From NCBI GenBank assembly GCA_951406725.2, contig OX597827.1:32302001-32366000 (forward strand): a stretch of DNA of 64,000 nucleotides, given 5' to 3'. The notes under the pieces were generated by a model that was given only the letters and a program-made list of their open reading frames with translations, was not told the origin of the DNA and ran no database searches. This document shows positions 51,253 through 62,756 of this stretch, one piece after another; the first letter of the stretch is position 1; every line of letters begins with the position of its first letter. This DNA is from Octopus vulgaris (taxonomy: Eukaryota). Position numbers and translations under genes: made by a program.

Positions 51253-54115
51253 CAGAAAAAAAAGGAGTCATGGAGGAGTTGCTATGTACATCTGTGAGGA
51301 CCTCACATCCCAGGTCCTTTTGTCATACTCAAACTCGGTGTGTGACACACTAATTGTACATATAAGGCAACTTAGTGTAGTTGTGTGTGCTATATATCGC
51401 TCTCCAGATGCCCCAAGCTATGTAGGCAAGTTTGAAGACTGCCTTATAAAAATAGAAGAAGTTCTAGTCACATTAGAACAACACATAAGTGTACTTCTTA
51501 TGGGAGACTTCAATCTACCCAATGTCAGATGGCCCGAGGGCCTTTCTCTCCCAGGAATGACACGATATGAACAAGGACAGGCGAGGTCCCTCCTGAACCT
51601 CATCAACACTCTGTACATGGAACAAGTAATACTCCAACCAACCAGGGCAGGTAACACACTCGATCTCTGCTTCACAAATAATATGGATCTCATCCATAAT
51701 GTGAAAGTGACACCGACACTACTCTCGGATCACAACATGGTAGAGCTGACCATGTACGCGCCAAAGGAAAGCATGGACATGCAGCCTACAAGAAACTCTC
51801 AGAATCTTTCCAGCTTGAACTTCCATAAGGCAAACTGGAAACAAATTGAGAAAGAGATCCTCAAACAAAACTGGCCTGAATGTCTCTCCTCGCCAGACAT
51901 CGACGTGAAACTTCAACAATTCATGTCTGTAATGCAAGCCATATGCTACAAATGTGTCCCAGAGAGAAAGGCCTCTGTACACAAGAACCAAATCCCCAGA
52001 GAGAGGAAAATTTTAATGAGACGGCGCACAAAAATTTCAAATCGCCTAAACAAACAGATTGAAAGCAGTGAAAAGTCCCGCCTGAAAATAAAACTGTTGC
52101 AAATTGAAAAATGTCAGCAACTCTCCCATGAAAAGGAAAGAGCAGACAAAGAAGTCTGGGCTATAGACAGCATAAAATCTAAACCCAGAGCTTTCTACAG
52201 GTATGCCAAAGAAGCAGCTACGGTGCACTGTAGGATAGGGCCACTCCTTGAAAAGGATGGCACACTCACAGGAAATCCAATGAGGGTAAGTGAAATACTG
52301 AATGAGCAATTCAAGAGTGTTTTCACTCCACCTCTTGGGCATTTCCAAATCACCAATCCAACTGACTTCTTTACCACTGCAGATATAAAACCAGAGGCAG
52401 CGATGATAGATTACATCAATATAAAGGAAGACGATGTAATAAAGGCTATAGATGAAATGAAAACAGACTCAGCTACTGGCCCCGATGGATTCCCGGCAAT
52501 CCTCCTAAAAGTATATAAGAGAGTCCTAGCAAGACCACTGCAGTTCCTCTTTCAGAGCTTCCTTGCAACTGGCAAACTTCCAAGAAAACTGAAGGAAGGT
52601 AAAATATGCCCTATTCATAAAGGAGGTAGCAGAGCGGAGGCCAAGAACTACAGACCTATCTCTCTGACCTCACACATCAGCAAGGTCATGGAACGAATAG
52701 TCAGAAGGAAACTGATCACCTTCCTTGAAGAAAATGACTTGCTGCCTGACACCCAACATGGTTTCCGACCACGAAGAAGCTGCTTAACTCAGCTCCTACA
52801 ACACTATGACTGGGTGCTGAAACGACTGCTCAACCACTCAAATGTGGAAGTGATATATCTCGACTTTGCAAAGGCGTTTGATAAAGTCGATCATGGAATG
52901 ATATGTCACAAACTGCGTGATCTTAGCATAGTTGGAAAATTGGGAGAATGGCTTCATGACTTTCTGAAGGATAGAAGTCAGGTGGTAGTAGCCAATGGGG
53001 CCACTTCCATCAACACGCAAATAGTGAGCGGTGTTCCGCAGGGCACTGTTTTGGGACCACTACTGTTCATAATGGCCCTCTCAGACATGCCCTCAGCCAC
53101 GCACAGAGCCACGATCACAAGTTATGCAGATGATACAAAAGTTTCACAGGCAATACAGAACCCTGAAGACACTAAACGTCTGCAATGTGAGCTGGACAAA
53201 ATATACAAGTGGGCTGAAAAGAATAGCATGCAGTTCAATGCTGAAAAGTTTCAAGCTGTATGCTATCAGCATGCACTAAATGCAATACCCAATGAATACA
53301 CTGGACCCGGAGGAATTGCAATCCCAGAGGCACAATCAGTGCGTGACCTGGGTATTTACATGAGTGATGATGCAACCTTTCGTGTACATGTTGCTAAATT
53401 GGCAATGAAATGTAGACGACTGGCCGGATGGATTCTTAGAACCTTTAGAACAAGAGAACAAGAAACCATGATGGTCCTCTGGAGGACACTTGTCCGAAGC
53501 CACTTTGACTATTGCTCTCAGCTATGGTCACCATCAAGTGTCAAGTTGATCACAGAATTTGAGGCGATCCAACGTAGCTACACGAAGAAGATAGCCTCTG
53601 TGCAGCATATAAGCTACTGGGAAAGACTCAAGAGATTAAAACTCTATTCCTTGGAGCGTAGGCGAGAAAGATATGCCATAATATACATCTGGAAGATCCT
53701 GGAAGGACTTGTCCCAAACTTTGGCATCGAGAGTTACACAAATGCCAGAACTGGGCGCGACTGCGTGGTGCCAAGGGCTCCAAATTTGCCATCTAGATGT
53801 AGGACAAGATACTGTGATAGCTTGGGCTTCCGAGGCGCACAGCTCTTCAATATCCTCCCGAAGAACCTAAGAGATCTGCATGGGGTGGATGCAGATGTCT
53901 TTAAAATAAAACTGGTTCTCTTCTTGTCGGGTATCCCAGATGAACCAACTTTACGGCAGGAGGTGCAGATGAGAGCAGCAGCATCGAACTCTCTCATGCA
54001 CCGAATGGCAGTTGCTAAAAAGCATTCGTGAAGTAAAACCATGTAGCAACACCAAATGGCGGTGCCCCAGCATGGCCACAGCTCGTGAGCTGAAACTAGA
54101 TAAAATAAAAAAATA
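51253..54115 (+). mobile_element. Young 5'-truncated CR1/L2-group LINE
   Basis: Homology to the 35.8 kb copy begins at RKKRSHGGVAMY; short 3' UTR with hairpin and A-rich tail, then (AT)n. Confidence 0.93.
51284..54031 (+). CDS. LINE ORF2 (partial APE endonuclease plus complete reverse transcriptase), 915 aa uninterrupted
   Basis: IYRSP, GDFNLP, TLDL, SDH; NYRPISLTS, QHGFR, YLDFAKAFDKV, SGVPQGTVLGPLLF, YADD, RDLG; APE N-terminus missing. Confidence 0.92.
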   Translation: MYICEDLTSQVLLSYSNSVCDTLIVHIRQLSVVVCAIYRSPDAPSYVGKFEDCLIKIEEVLVTLEQHISVLLMGDFNLPNVRWPEGLSLPGMTRYEQGQARSLLNLINTLYMEQVILQPTRAGNTLDLCFTNNMDLIHNVKVTPTLLSDHNMVELTMYAPKESMDMQPTRNSQNLSSLNFHKANWKQIEKEILKQNWPECLSSPDIDVKLQQFMSVMQAICYKCVPERKASVHKNQIPRERKILMRRRTKISNRLNKQIESSEKSRLKIKLLQIEKCQQLSHEKERADKEVWAIDSIKSKPRAFYRYAKEAATVHCRIGPLLEKDGTLTGNPMRVSEILNEQFKSVFTPPLGHFQITNPTDFFTTADIKPEAAMIDYINIKEDDVIKAIDEMKTDSATGPDGFPAILLKVYKRVLARPLQFLFQSFLATGKLPRKLKEGKICPIHKGGSRAEAKNYRPISLTSHISKVMERIVRRKLITFLEENDLLPDTQHGFRPRRSCLTQLLQHYDWVLKRLLNHSNVEVIYLDFAKAFDKVDHGMICHKLRDLSIVGKLGEWLHDFLKDRSQVVVANGATSINTQIVSGVPQGTVLGPLLFIMALSDMPSATHRATITSYADDTKVSQAIQNPEDTKRLQCELDKIYKWAEKNSMQFNAEKFQAVCYQHALNAIPNEYTGPGGIAIPEAQSVRDLGIYMSDDATFRVHVAKLAMKCRRLAGWILRTFRTREQETMMVLWRTLVRSHFDYCSQLWSPSSVKLITEFEAIQRSYTKKIASVQHISYWERLKRLKLYSLERRRERYAIIYIWKILEGLVPNFGIESYTNARTGRDCVVPRAPNLPSRCRTRYCDSLGFRGAQLFNILPKNLRDLHGVDADVFKIKLVLFLSGIPDEPTLRQEVQMRAAASNSLMHRMAVAKKHS

Positions 54116-54235
54116 AATATACATATATATAAATATATAATATATATATATATATATAAATATATGCACATATATATTTATATACATATATATTTATATA
54201 TATATTATATATATATACATACATATATTTATATA

Positions 54236-54289
<54 letters not shown>

Positions 54290-54414
54290 TAAAATATATA
54301 TATATATATATTTATATACATATATATATACATACATATATTTATATATACATATATATATATACATATATATATATGTGTGTGTGTCTGTATATATATA
54401 TTTCTATATATATT

Positions 54415-54812
54415 TCTTTCTTTCTTTTACTTGTTTCAGTCATTTCACTGCGGCCATGCTGGAGCACCGCCTTTAGTCGAGCAAATCGACCCCGGGACTT
54501 ATTCTTTGTAATCCCAGTACTTATTCTATCGGTCTCTTTTGCTAAGTGACGGGGACGTAAACACACCAGCATCGGTTATCAAGCGATGTTAGGGGGACAA
54601 ACACAGACACACAAACATATACACACACATATATATATGTACATATATACGACAGGCTTCTTTCAGTTTCCGTCTACCAAATCCACTCACAAGGCATTGG
54701 TCGGCCCGGGGCTATAGCAGAAGACACTTTCCCAAGATGCCACGCAGCGGGACTGAACCCGGAACCATGTGGTTGGTAAACAAGCTACTTACCACACACC
54801 CACGCCTGCACC
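54415..54812 (-). mobile_element. Full-length SINE family A with LINE-derived tail
   Basis: tRNA-like head, CORE-like motif, internal (TG)n, tail GGCGGTGCTCCAGCATGGCCGCAG..CTGAAAC. Confidence 0.85.
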
Positions 54813-55139
54813 TTATATAATTTAAAGTTGAGGGTTCTTGAGAATCCTGGCACATCATCTTGTAGGGCGTCGTCACAGAGACCTCGCAATGAGAAACAAC
54901 ATTGAAGATATCAAGTGTTGGTAGGACACTGTAGATATGCAGTTCCAAATCTAATTCATAACCGTAGATCCAACCTACCAGTGGCGCCTTCGTGTGGCAT
55001 AGGTATGAAAGAGTAACTACATATGTTGTTTAAAACTGACGACAGCTGTTTCGGTAGCATCCTATTTATTTTGGCTACATTAAATAAAATACTCCTAAAG
55101 CAGCCGTCGTAAATTTTAAACGCCATTTTGTGTTCACTT

Positions 55140-55211
<72 letters not shown>

Positions 55212-55629
55212 TGTGTGTGTGTATGTGCATGTGTGTGTGTGTGTGCATGTGGCTATTCGGTACTCTCTTTCCCCCTTCACTCTTTATTAAAGACTTCCGA
55301 GAAGAGAAACCTGTTAATGAATCTACACGGTTAATTTTTGAAGTCTCGTCTAGTAACGAGGCATATTATTCGATGTGAAATCACAAAGGGTTTAAAACGT
55401 CTCGATATAACTCTGGGATTATATTCTTAGTTAGTTCAATCATGCCATTGAAACAGGGTTGTTTTAAATACTTCTGGTCATATAAGCCTGATCGCTGAGG
55501 TTCGTATTATCAGAAACAGCATACTACATTAGCGTCTTTTAAATATACTGCGAAATTTATCGTTTAAATTGGAATAACAATCAATGACACATTGGAATAA
55601 CAATCAATGTACGTTAATATTAGATATAC

Positions 55630-56027
55630 TCTCTCTTTACTCTTTTACTTGTTTCAGTCATTTGACTGCGGTCATGCTAGAGCAGCATCTTTAGTCGAAT
55701 AAAATCGACCCCAGGACTTATTCTTTGTAAGCCTAGTACTTATTCTATCGGTCTCTTTTTGCCGAACCACTAAGTGACGGAAACGTAGACACACCAGCAT
55801 CGGTTGTCAAGCGATGGTGGGGGAGATAAACACAGACACAAACAACAAATACATACATATATACGACGGGCTTCTTTCAGTTTCCGTCTACCAAATCTAC
55901 TCACAAGGCTTTGGTCGGCCCAAGGCTATAGCAGAAGACACTTGCCCGAGGTGCCACGCAGTAGGACTAAACCCGGAACCATGTGGTTGGGAAGCAAGCT
56001 TCTTACCACACAGCCACTGCTGCGCCT
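55630..56027 (-). mobile_element. Full-length SINE family A
   Basis: Collinear with 54415-54812. Confidence 0.85.
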
Positions 56028-56516
56028 GTTGTATAATGTATAAATGCTTGATGTTGTATAATGTTTGATACGTCGTGTAATATTGATATGCTGTATGCTG
56101 TACAATGTTTGATATGCTGTATAATGCATAACGTTTGTTATGTTGTATAATGGACGATGTTTAATATGTTGGATAATGTACAGTGTATGATTTGTTGGAT
56201 AGTGTAATAGTGTATGATATTTTGTATAATGTATAATGTTGTACATAATTTATATCATTTATAATGCATGATAGGTTGGGTAGGATTTGTTGGGTTAAAA
56301 ATAGTTTACTTACTTGTATCATTGTTACTATATTTTTCTACAACTGGAGGGAAGAAAATCACAAATGGCTGCGTCAAGATTTGAACTCATACTTTAACAA
56401 AATTGATAGGGAATGTGGGGGATGACGCTTGGCTAAAAATATTCTTTTTATACTTTACAGCGTTTGTAGGAAAAATATTTTTCCAAACTATAATCAGAAA
56501 AACTTACTCTCTCTCC

Positions 56517-56558
<42 letters not shown>

Positions 56559-56616
56559 CACACACACACTCTCTCTCTCTATCTATCTATCTATCTACCT
56601 CTTTCTCTCTATCTGT

Positions 56617-56650
<34 letters not shown>

Positions 56651-56755
56651 TTGTCTGCGTGTCTGTTTGTTTTTCTCTGTCTCTTTTTCACTCAATCTAT
56701 TTCTCTCTTTCTCCTTGTTTTCCTCTCTCTCTCTCTCTTTTTCTCTCTACCACTA

Positions 56756-56797
<42 letters not shown>

Positions 56798-57214
56798 TCT
56801 TTCTCCGCTCCGTTACACACGTATTGTGATAGAAATAACTCGATATTGAGAACAACATATCTTATGTCGTTACAGCTATAGAAAACTCTGAACTTTACTC
56901 TTTCAAGATAATTTTCCACAATGCATTTTAAGTGCCAGCAGCAAAATTTAGGCAACTTGACGGGAATACACAGTGAAAATTTATATTTGAACGTATCAGA
57001 AACTTACAGACTCATTTGGAGGGTATAACATATTCATTGTTATACCTCTTCGCTTTCATAACATTTTCTGCAATTTTAATTTTATAATCTGCATTATCAT
57101 GTTTAGATGAAGCTATAAAACCACTCAACGAATAAAAGCTGTTAATATGATAAACTGCAATACTAACCTTGTTGAAATTCCGTTCAGGAACAGACCACGA
57201 CATAAGCTTTATAT

Positions 57215-57976
57215 CAGTGATTCTAAACCGGGTTCCATACGGCCCCTGGGGATTCCACAAGACTTTGTTGTTAAAATTTATCTGCAATAAATCGGTTATG
57301 CTTCTACAATACGCAAAATATTTTAATAATTTTTTTGTTATATAATTCGTTTTTTTTTATTTATTCATCGAGGCATCATCCAGTCAGGCTGATTGCCCGG
57401 GACAACCTGACTACCTCTTTCCATCCTTCCCGATCTTCCCTTAGCGTTTTTAGGTCTTCAACTTGGCATCCAACATCTTCTGCAAGCTGTCCACAGCAAC
57501 ACACTACTCACGAGTTCTTCTTTACTTCTCCAGCAGTGGCCAGCAAACCTCAATCTGCGCTCTCGGATGATTGATGAGAAAGTTGATACATTCCCATATA
57601 ACCGTTGTTTTGTTGAGTTCCCCCTGCAAGAGACATTGAGCGCTGCACATAACATTCTGGTGTAGGCACCGTCCAGCATGCACCTGAGTCTTTTGATGAG
57701 AGTCCAAGTCGGAGATCCATATACAAGCACAGATTAAACAACTACTCTGAAGAACTGTCTCTTCAATTTATTTGGTAGAGTTGGCGTCCATATTATTCTA
57801 AAGCAATAAAACAACAATAGAACAATCTTAGAACAATATTCGTTATAATATTTAATTATAATAATAGAATAGGGTTCTTTTAAACATCGAATCGTTATAG
57901 GTGTTCAGCAGAGTAAAATAGGGATCAAAAGGGTCCTTAAGAAAAAAATTTTTTTTTAAATAGTTGAGTACCATTG
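57215..57976. mobile_element. hAT-type MITE interrupted by an RTE fragment
   Basis: TIR-like CAGTGATTCTAAACC / AGTTGAGTACCATTG; 8-bp flanks CTTTATAT and CTTTAGAA (6/8 identical). Confidence 0.65.
57360..57795 (-). mobile_element. RTE-type LINE 3' fragment
   Basis: LVYGSPTWTL..LDGAYTRML..RERRLRFAGHCWR. Confidence 0.8.
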
Positions 57977-58044
57977 CTTTAGAAAAAAAAGAAAGAAAAC
58001 AACGGATTACAAACAAATAATTCACTTTACTTCATTTCTTGCGT

Positions 58045-58462
58045 AGCTGTGGCGTAAGAAGATTGCTCCCAACTAAGTAATTCCGGGTTCAGTTTCACTC
58101 CGCTGCAGCTTGGGCAAGTGTCTTCTACAATGATCACGAGCCGCACAAAGCCTTGTGAGTGCATTTGGGAGACAGAAACTGAAAGAAGCCCGTCGTATGT
58201 ACTGGCGTGTGTGTTTATGTCTGTGTGTGCGTGTGTGTGTGTTTGTGTGTGCATGTGTTTGTGTCTATGTTTGTCTCTCACGACTTCCTGACGACCGGTG
58301 ATGGTGTATTTACGTCCCCCTTATCTAACGGTTCGGCAAAAGAGACCGATAAAATAAGTACCAGGCTTTAAAAATAAGTACTGGTGCCGATTCGTTCGAC
58401 TAAAATTCTTCAAGACGGTACTCCAGCATGGCCGTAGTTTAGCGACTGTAACAATAAAAAGA
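58045..58462 (+). mobile_element. SINE family A, diverged full length
   Basis: CTTGGGCAAGTGTCTTCT core and CTCCAGCATGGCCG tail. Confidence 0.75.
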
Positions 58463-58785
58463 CATAAAAAGAATTAAAAAACTCAAATAAATACATAGCG
58501 AACAAATATCTAATAAATATACTCTTTACTCTTAAATTTGCTGCAGTCACTGAACTGACGCCATGCTGGAGCACAACTCTTTCAGAGTTAGCCGTGCAAA
58601 TGGCGCCTAGTACTTATTTTCTCAGTCTGGTACTCTTTGCAGGTACTCTTATCTCGAACTCTTTTGCTGAACAGCTAAGTTACGGAATCGTAAACAAACC
58701 GATACGGATGTTAGGTGGTGATGGGGATAAACACAAAACATACACATACATACACACAAACACACACACAAATATACATGTATAT

Positions 58786-58820
<35 letters not shown>

Positions 58821-59321
58821 AGTATAGGTGGCATACGAGTGGGTATATATTTATAAAAAAGAAGTTTGAAAACGCCACTATATAAGATAAATTTTAATTT
58901 TCTGAGAGATTTTGCATGTTTCGGTTCTTCTTGAAAAAACGAACCGTATCAAAAATATATATCTTTTAAAGCTAACTGTAATAAAAGAAAAGTTCGTAAT
59001 TGTTTCTTACTAGTCCCTACAGAGTCAACGTGGTGGTGTTTTGTGCGTGGGAACATAATGGATGTCTTGTGCGTTGACTAGAATCGTTGACTGCAATATA
59101 TATATATATATATATATGTATGTGTATATATATATATATTTCGTTTTTGCATCTGGTTTGCAAGATTCTTTATGTGAATTCGTGTCCGTTGACAAGGTTG
59201 CAAAAACAACGAAAATTTTTGAAGAAAAAAATATATAAATAATAAATAAGTGGAAATCGAAATCGGTGAGTGTGTTAGATAATAAAGCATTAAGTCGATG
59301 ACAATATGACTCTCCCCAGCT

Positions 59322-59366
<45 letters not shown>

Positions 59367-59370
59367 CACA

Positions 59371-59431
<61 letters not shown>

Positions 59432-59788
59432 GTATGCGACAGGTTTCCGTGCAGCTTCTGTATACCAAATTCACTCACAAGATACTAGTCGACCTAAGGC
59501 TACAGTAAAAGACACTTGCATGCATACATATAAACAAAGATTTCTTTGGGCTAAATTGAAATAGCATACTGGTTTACGTAGCATAGGCAAATCTTCTAGC
59601 CAAAAAGTATTGATTTAAGAAGAAAACCAGAGGCTTATTACTTACTTAAGCGTTATATACATACATACATACATACATACATACATACACACACACATAC
59701 ATATATACATACATACATACATACATACATACATACATACATACATACATACATACATACACATATATATATATATATATATATACAG

Positions 59789-59827
<39 letters not shown>

Positions 59828-60326
59828 TATAATCTGTACACAATCTATTGCAACCAATTCCTTCAAGACAATTGCGAATCAAAGACAGGAAAAAAGAAGA
59901 ATGAGTGGTGGCGGGGAGGGTGTCAAACAATTTCTAATTAAGAATCAGTCTAGACAGCTTTTGAGCTTTTCATACGATACTTACCAAACGGCATTGGCAA
60001 TAATAAATGAGTGAGACTCTGGAAGCCATTTTACTTTCGTACACGAGCGTGTTGGTGGAAGTACAGGTTTGAAAAATAAGATAGATAAAAAGCGTCGTCT
60101 GGATAAAGGCAGCTAATGTTTAAAGACTTGAAATACCTGATGAACCCAAGGTTATATTCCTGGTGATGCACTCCGGTTCTCACAGGAGAAGTTTCTTGTG
60201 TTGGCTGAACAGCTTTTTGACCGGGGATCTATTTGATTGTGGTAAAACTGGGCGTAACGACATCAACCAAAAGTTGAAAAGTGACGAAAGCTACATCGTG
60301 TGAATTAGAAGTAAACCCCTTAAGAA

Positions 60327-60552
60327 ATATTGGTTTCAAATTTTTGCACAAGGCCGGCAATTTCCTGATAGGGTGGGATGGTAAATAGTTTACATCAATC
60401 TCAGTGAGTAACTGGTACTTATGTTATCGACCCTGAAAGAATGAATGGCAAAGTCAACCTTGGCGGAATTTGAACTCAGATCGTAAGGACGGACGAAATG
60501 TTGCTAAGCATTTTGTCCAGCGTACTAACGATTCAGCCAGTTACCTACCTTA
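60327..60552 (-). mobile_element. SINE family B
   Basis: Reverse complement of 60645-60860. Confidence 0.75.
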
Positions 60553-60644
60553 ACCTCTTAAGAAGTATTCAATTCTAAAGATAGCTCCAGATTTTCTGAA
60601 TTGTTCAATCCCAAATAGATACCATTCCACGAACACAAGGCTTT

Positions 60645-60860
60645 AAGGCGGTGAGCTGGCAGAAACGTTAGCACGCTGGGCGAAATGCTTAGCGGTATTT
60701 CGTCTGTTTTTACGTTCTGAGTTCAAATTCCGCCGAGATCGACTTTGCCTTTCATCCTTTCGGGGTCGATAGATTAAGTACCTGTTGCGTACTGAGGTTG
60801 ATCTTATCGACTGGTCCCCATCCTCCAAAATTTCGGGCCTTGTGCCTAGAGTAGAAAAGA
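60645..60860 (+). mobile_element. SINE family B
   Basis: AAGGCGGTGAGCTGGCAGAAACGTTAGCACG head and Nin/Deu-like domain. Confidence 0.85.
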
Positions 60861-61183
60861 ATACAAGACTTTCTCTAGAAAAATAAATAACAAAAACATA
60901 ACTACAATGGTTTGAACTCATAATATTATGGGAAGAAGTAAATAGTGTCGGTTAACAAACGGCTAGCTACGCTCCAAGTTCTGCCTTCATCGGTCGGAAA
61001 TATGAGGAGGCGACACTTATTTGAATAACCTTTATGATGGAATTTCCCGAACTCACATCCCGTGGAGGAGTTCACATACACAGCCACATTGGAACCAATG
61101 AAAGACATCTAATCTTACAAGACACAAACCTGAACAGAATGTATTAACAGTAATAGTGACATCAATATCATGCGTGTGTGATT

Positions 61184-61400
61184 AGGGCGGCGAGCTTGGC
61201 AGAATCATTAGCACGCTGGGGAAAATGCTTACGGTGTTTCGTCCACCTTTACGTTCTGAGTTCAAATTCCGCCAAGGGTGACTTTGACTTTTATCCTTTC
61301 AGAATCGATAAAATAAGAACCAGTTGAACACCGGGATCAATGTAATCGACTTACCCCTCCCCTCAAAATTACTGCCTTTGTACCAAATTTTGAAACCAAT
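61184..61400 (+). mobile_element. SINE family B
   Basis: Homologous to 60645-60860. Confidence 0.78.
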
Positions 61401-61866
61401 ATTATGTGAAACCAATTGTCTGTGTCTGCATCTATGTGTGTGTGTGTGTTTATGTTTGTCTCCAGTCTACTTGACAACCGGTGTTAGTTTGTTTACGTCC
61501 TCATATCCAGTGGTTCAGCAAAAGAGGCTAATAGAATAAGTTCTAAACTTAATAATAAGTGCTGGAGTCGATTTCTTCGACTAAACTCTTCAAAGGTGGC
61601 GCCTCAGCACGGCCCTTGGCTGAAATAAGTCAAAAATAAGAGAAAAGTGTGTGTGTGTACATCATTACTTTTTACATATGTGCTGCCTTTGTACAAGCAC
61701 ACAATGGTGTACATATATATATTCATTTAAAGAATCTCAAAAATTCTTCGGAAGTGTCTTTCAAACTTTCATTGTGTCGCTAATTGATTGGATTTGTAGA
61801 ATATGCGTCAGTTTGTTTTGCTTTGAGGAAATTGTTGCATTTCTATGTATGTATGTGTCTATGCAA

Positions 61867-61897
<31 letters not shown>

Positions 61898-61953
61898 TGT
61901 ATGTATGTATGTATGTATGTATGTATGTATGTATGTATGTATGTATGTATGTA

Positions 61954-62013
<60 letters not shown>

Positions 62014-62588
62014 TCTATGTATGTATGCATATATGCATGTTTGTATGTATGTATGTTTGTACGTATGCATGTATGTATGCTTGTATGTATGTATGTTTGT
62101 ATGTATGCATGTATGTATGTATGCATGTATGTATGAATGCATGTATGTATGTTTGTATGTGTATATGCATGTATGTATGTATGTATGTATGTATGTATGT
62201 ATGTATGTATGTATGTATGTATGTATGTGTGCGTATGTGCAGAAAAATTACATTCATACACAGATCTTCACATCATTTGTAATTGTGATATCAATATGAC
62301 CTGTCTGTGATGAAAAAATGACAATGTGGGTTGTCGGGTGTTTAAGATAAACCCAGCGGGAACTGGAAAGCCAACTCAGGTGAGCCAAAGTGAATGGGTC
62401 ACTTGCTTCGCAAAGTGACCCATTCGGTGTCTAAAGATGACCTTTCCAAACACAGACCTGATACCCTGTGTCTGCTATCTTAGGATCACAGTATTCTCAG
62501 AATAACAGAATCTAAAAAACAAACTGTTGTTTCACACATCCGATTCTTTAGATTTGTACGTTTCACTTTGTTAGATACTTAAACAGTA

Positions 62589-62756
62589 TAGGCGCGGATA
62601 TGGTAGTGTGGTTAAGAAGCTTGTTTTGCAACCGCGTGGTATCTGGTTCAGTCCCATTGCTTGACACCTTGGACAATTTTCTCTCTACTATAGCCCCGGG
62701 CTGACCAATGTCTAAGGAGTGAATCTGGTTGACGAAAACTGTGTGGAAGCTCGTTG
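62589..62756 (+). mobile_element. SINE family A, 5' part
   Basis: AGGCGCGGATATGGTAGTGTGGTTAAG...GGTTCAGTCCC...ACCTTGGACAA. Confidence 0.72.

Noticed and set aside
60130-60260. CTGATGA-ACC...GGT-AAAA hammerhead candidate
   Set aside because: GAAA is absent and stems I and III are unconvincing.
60926-61135. Host exon or small ORF (MSFIGSNVAV...) after a TTCTGTTCAG acceptor-like site on the minus strand
   Set aside because: No recognisable domain, stops in all frames soon after the acceptor, and no supporting neighbouring exons.
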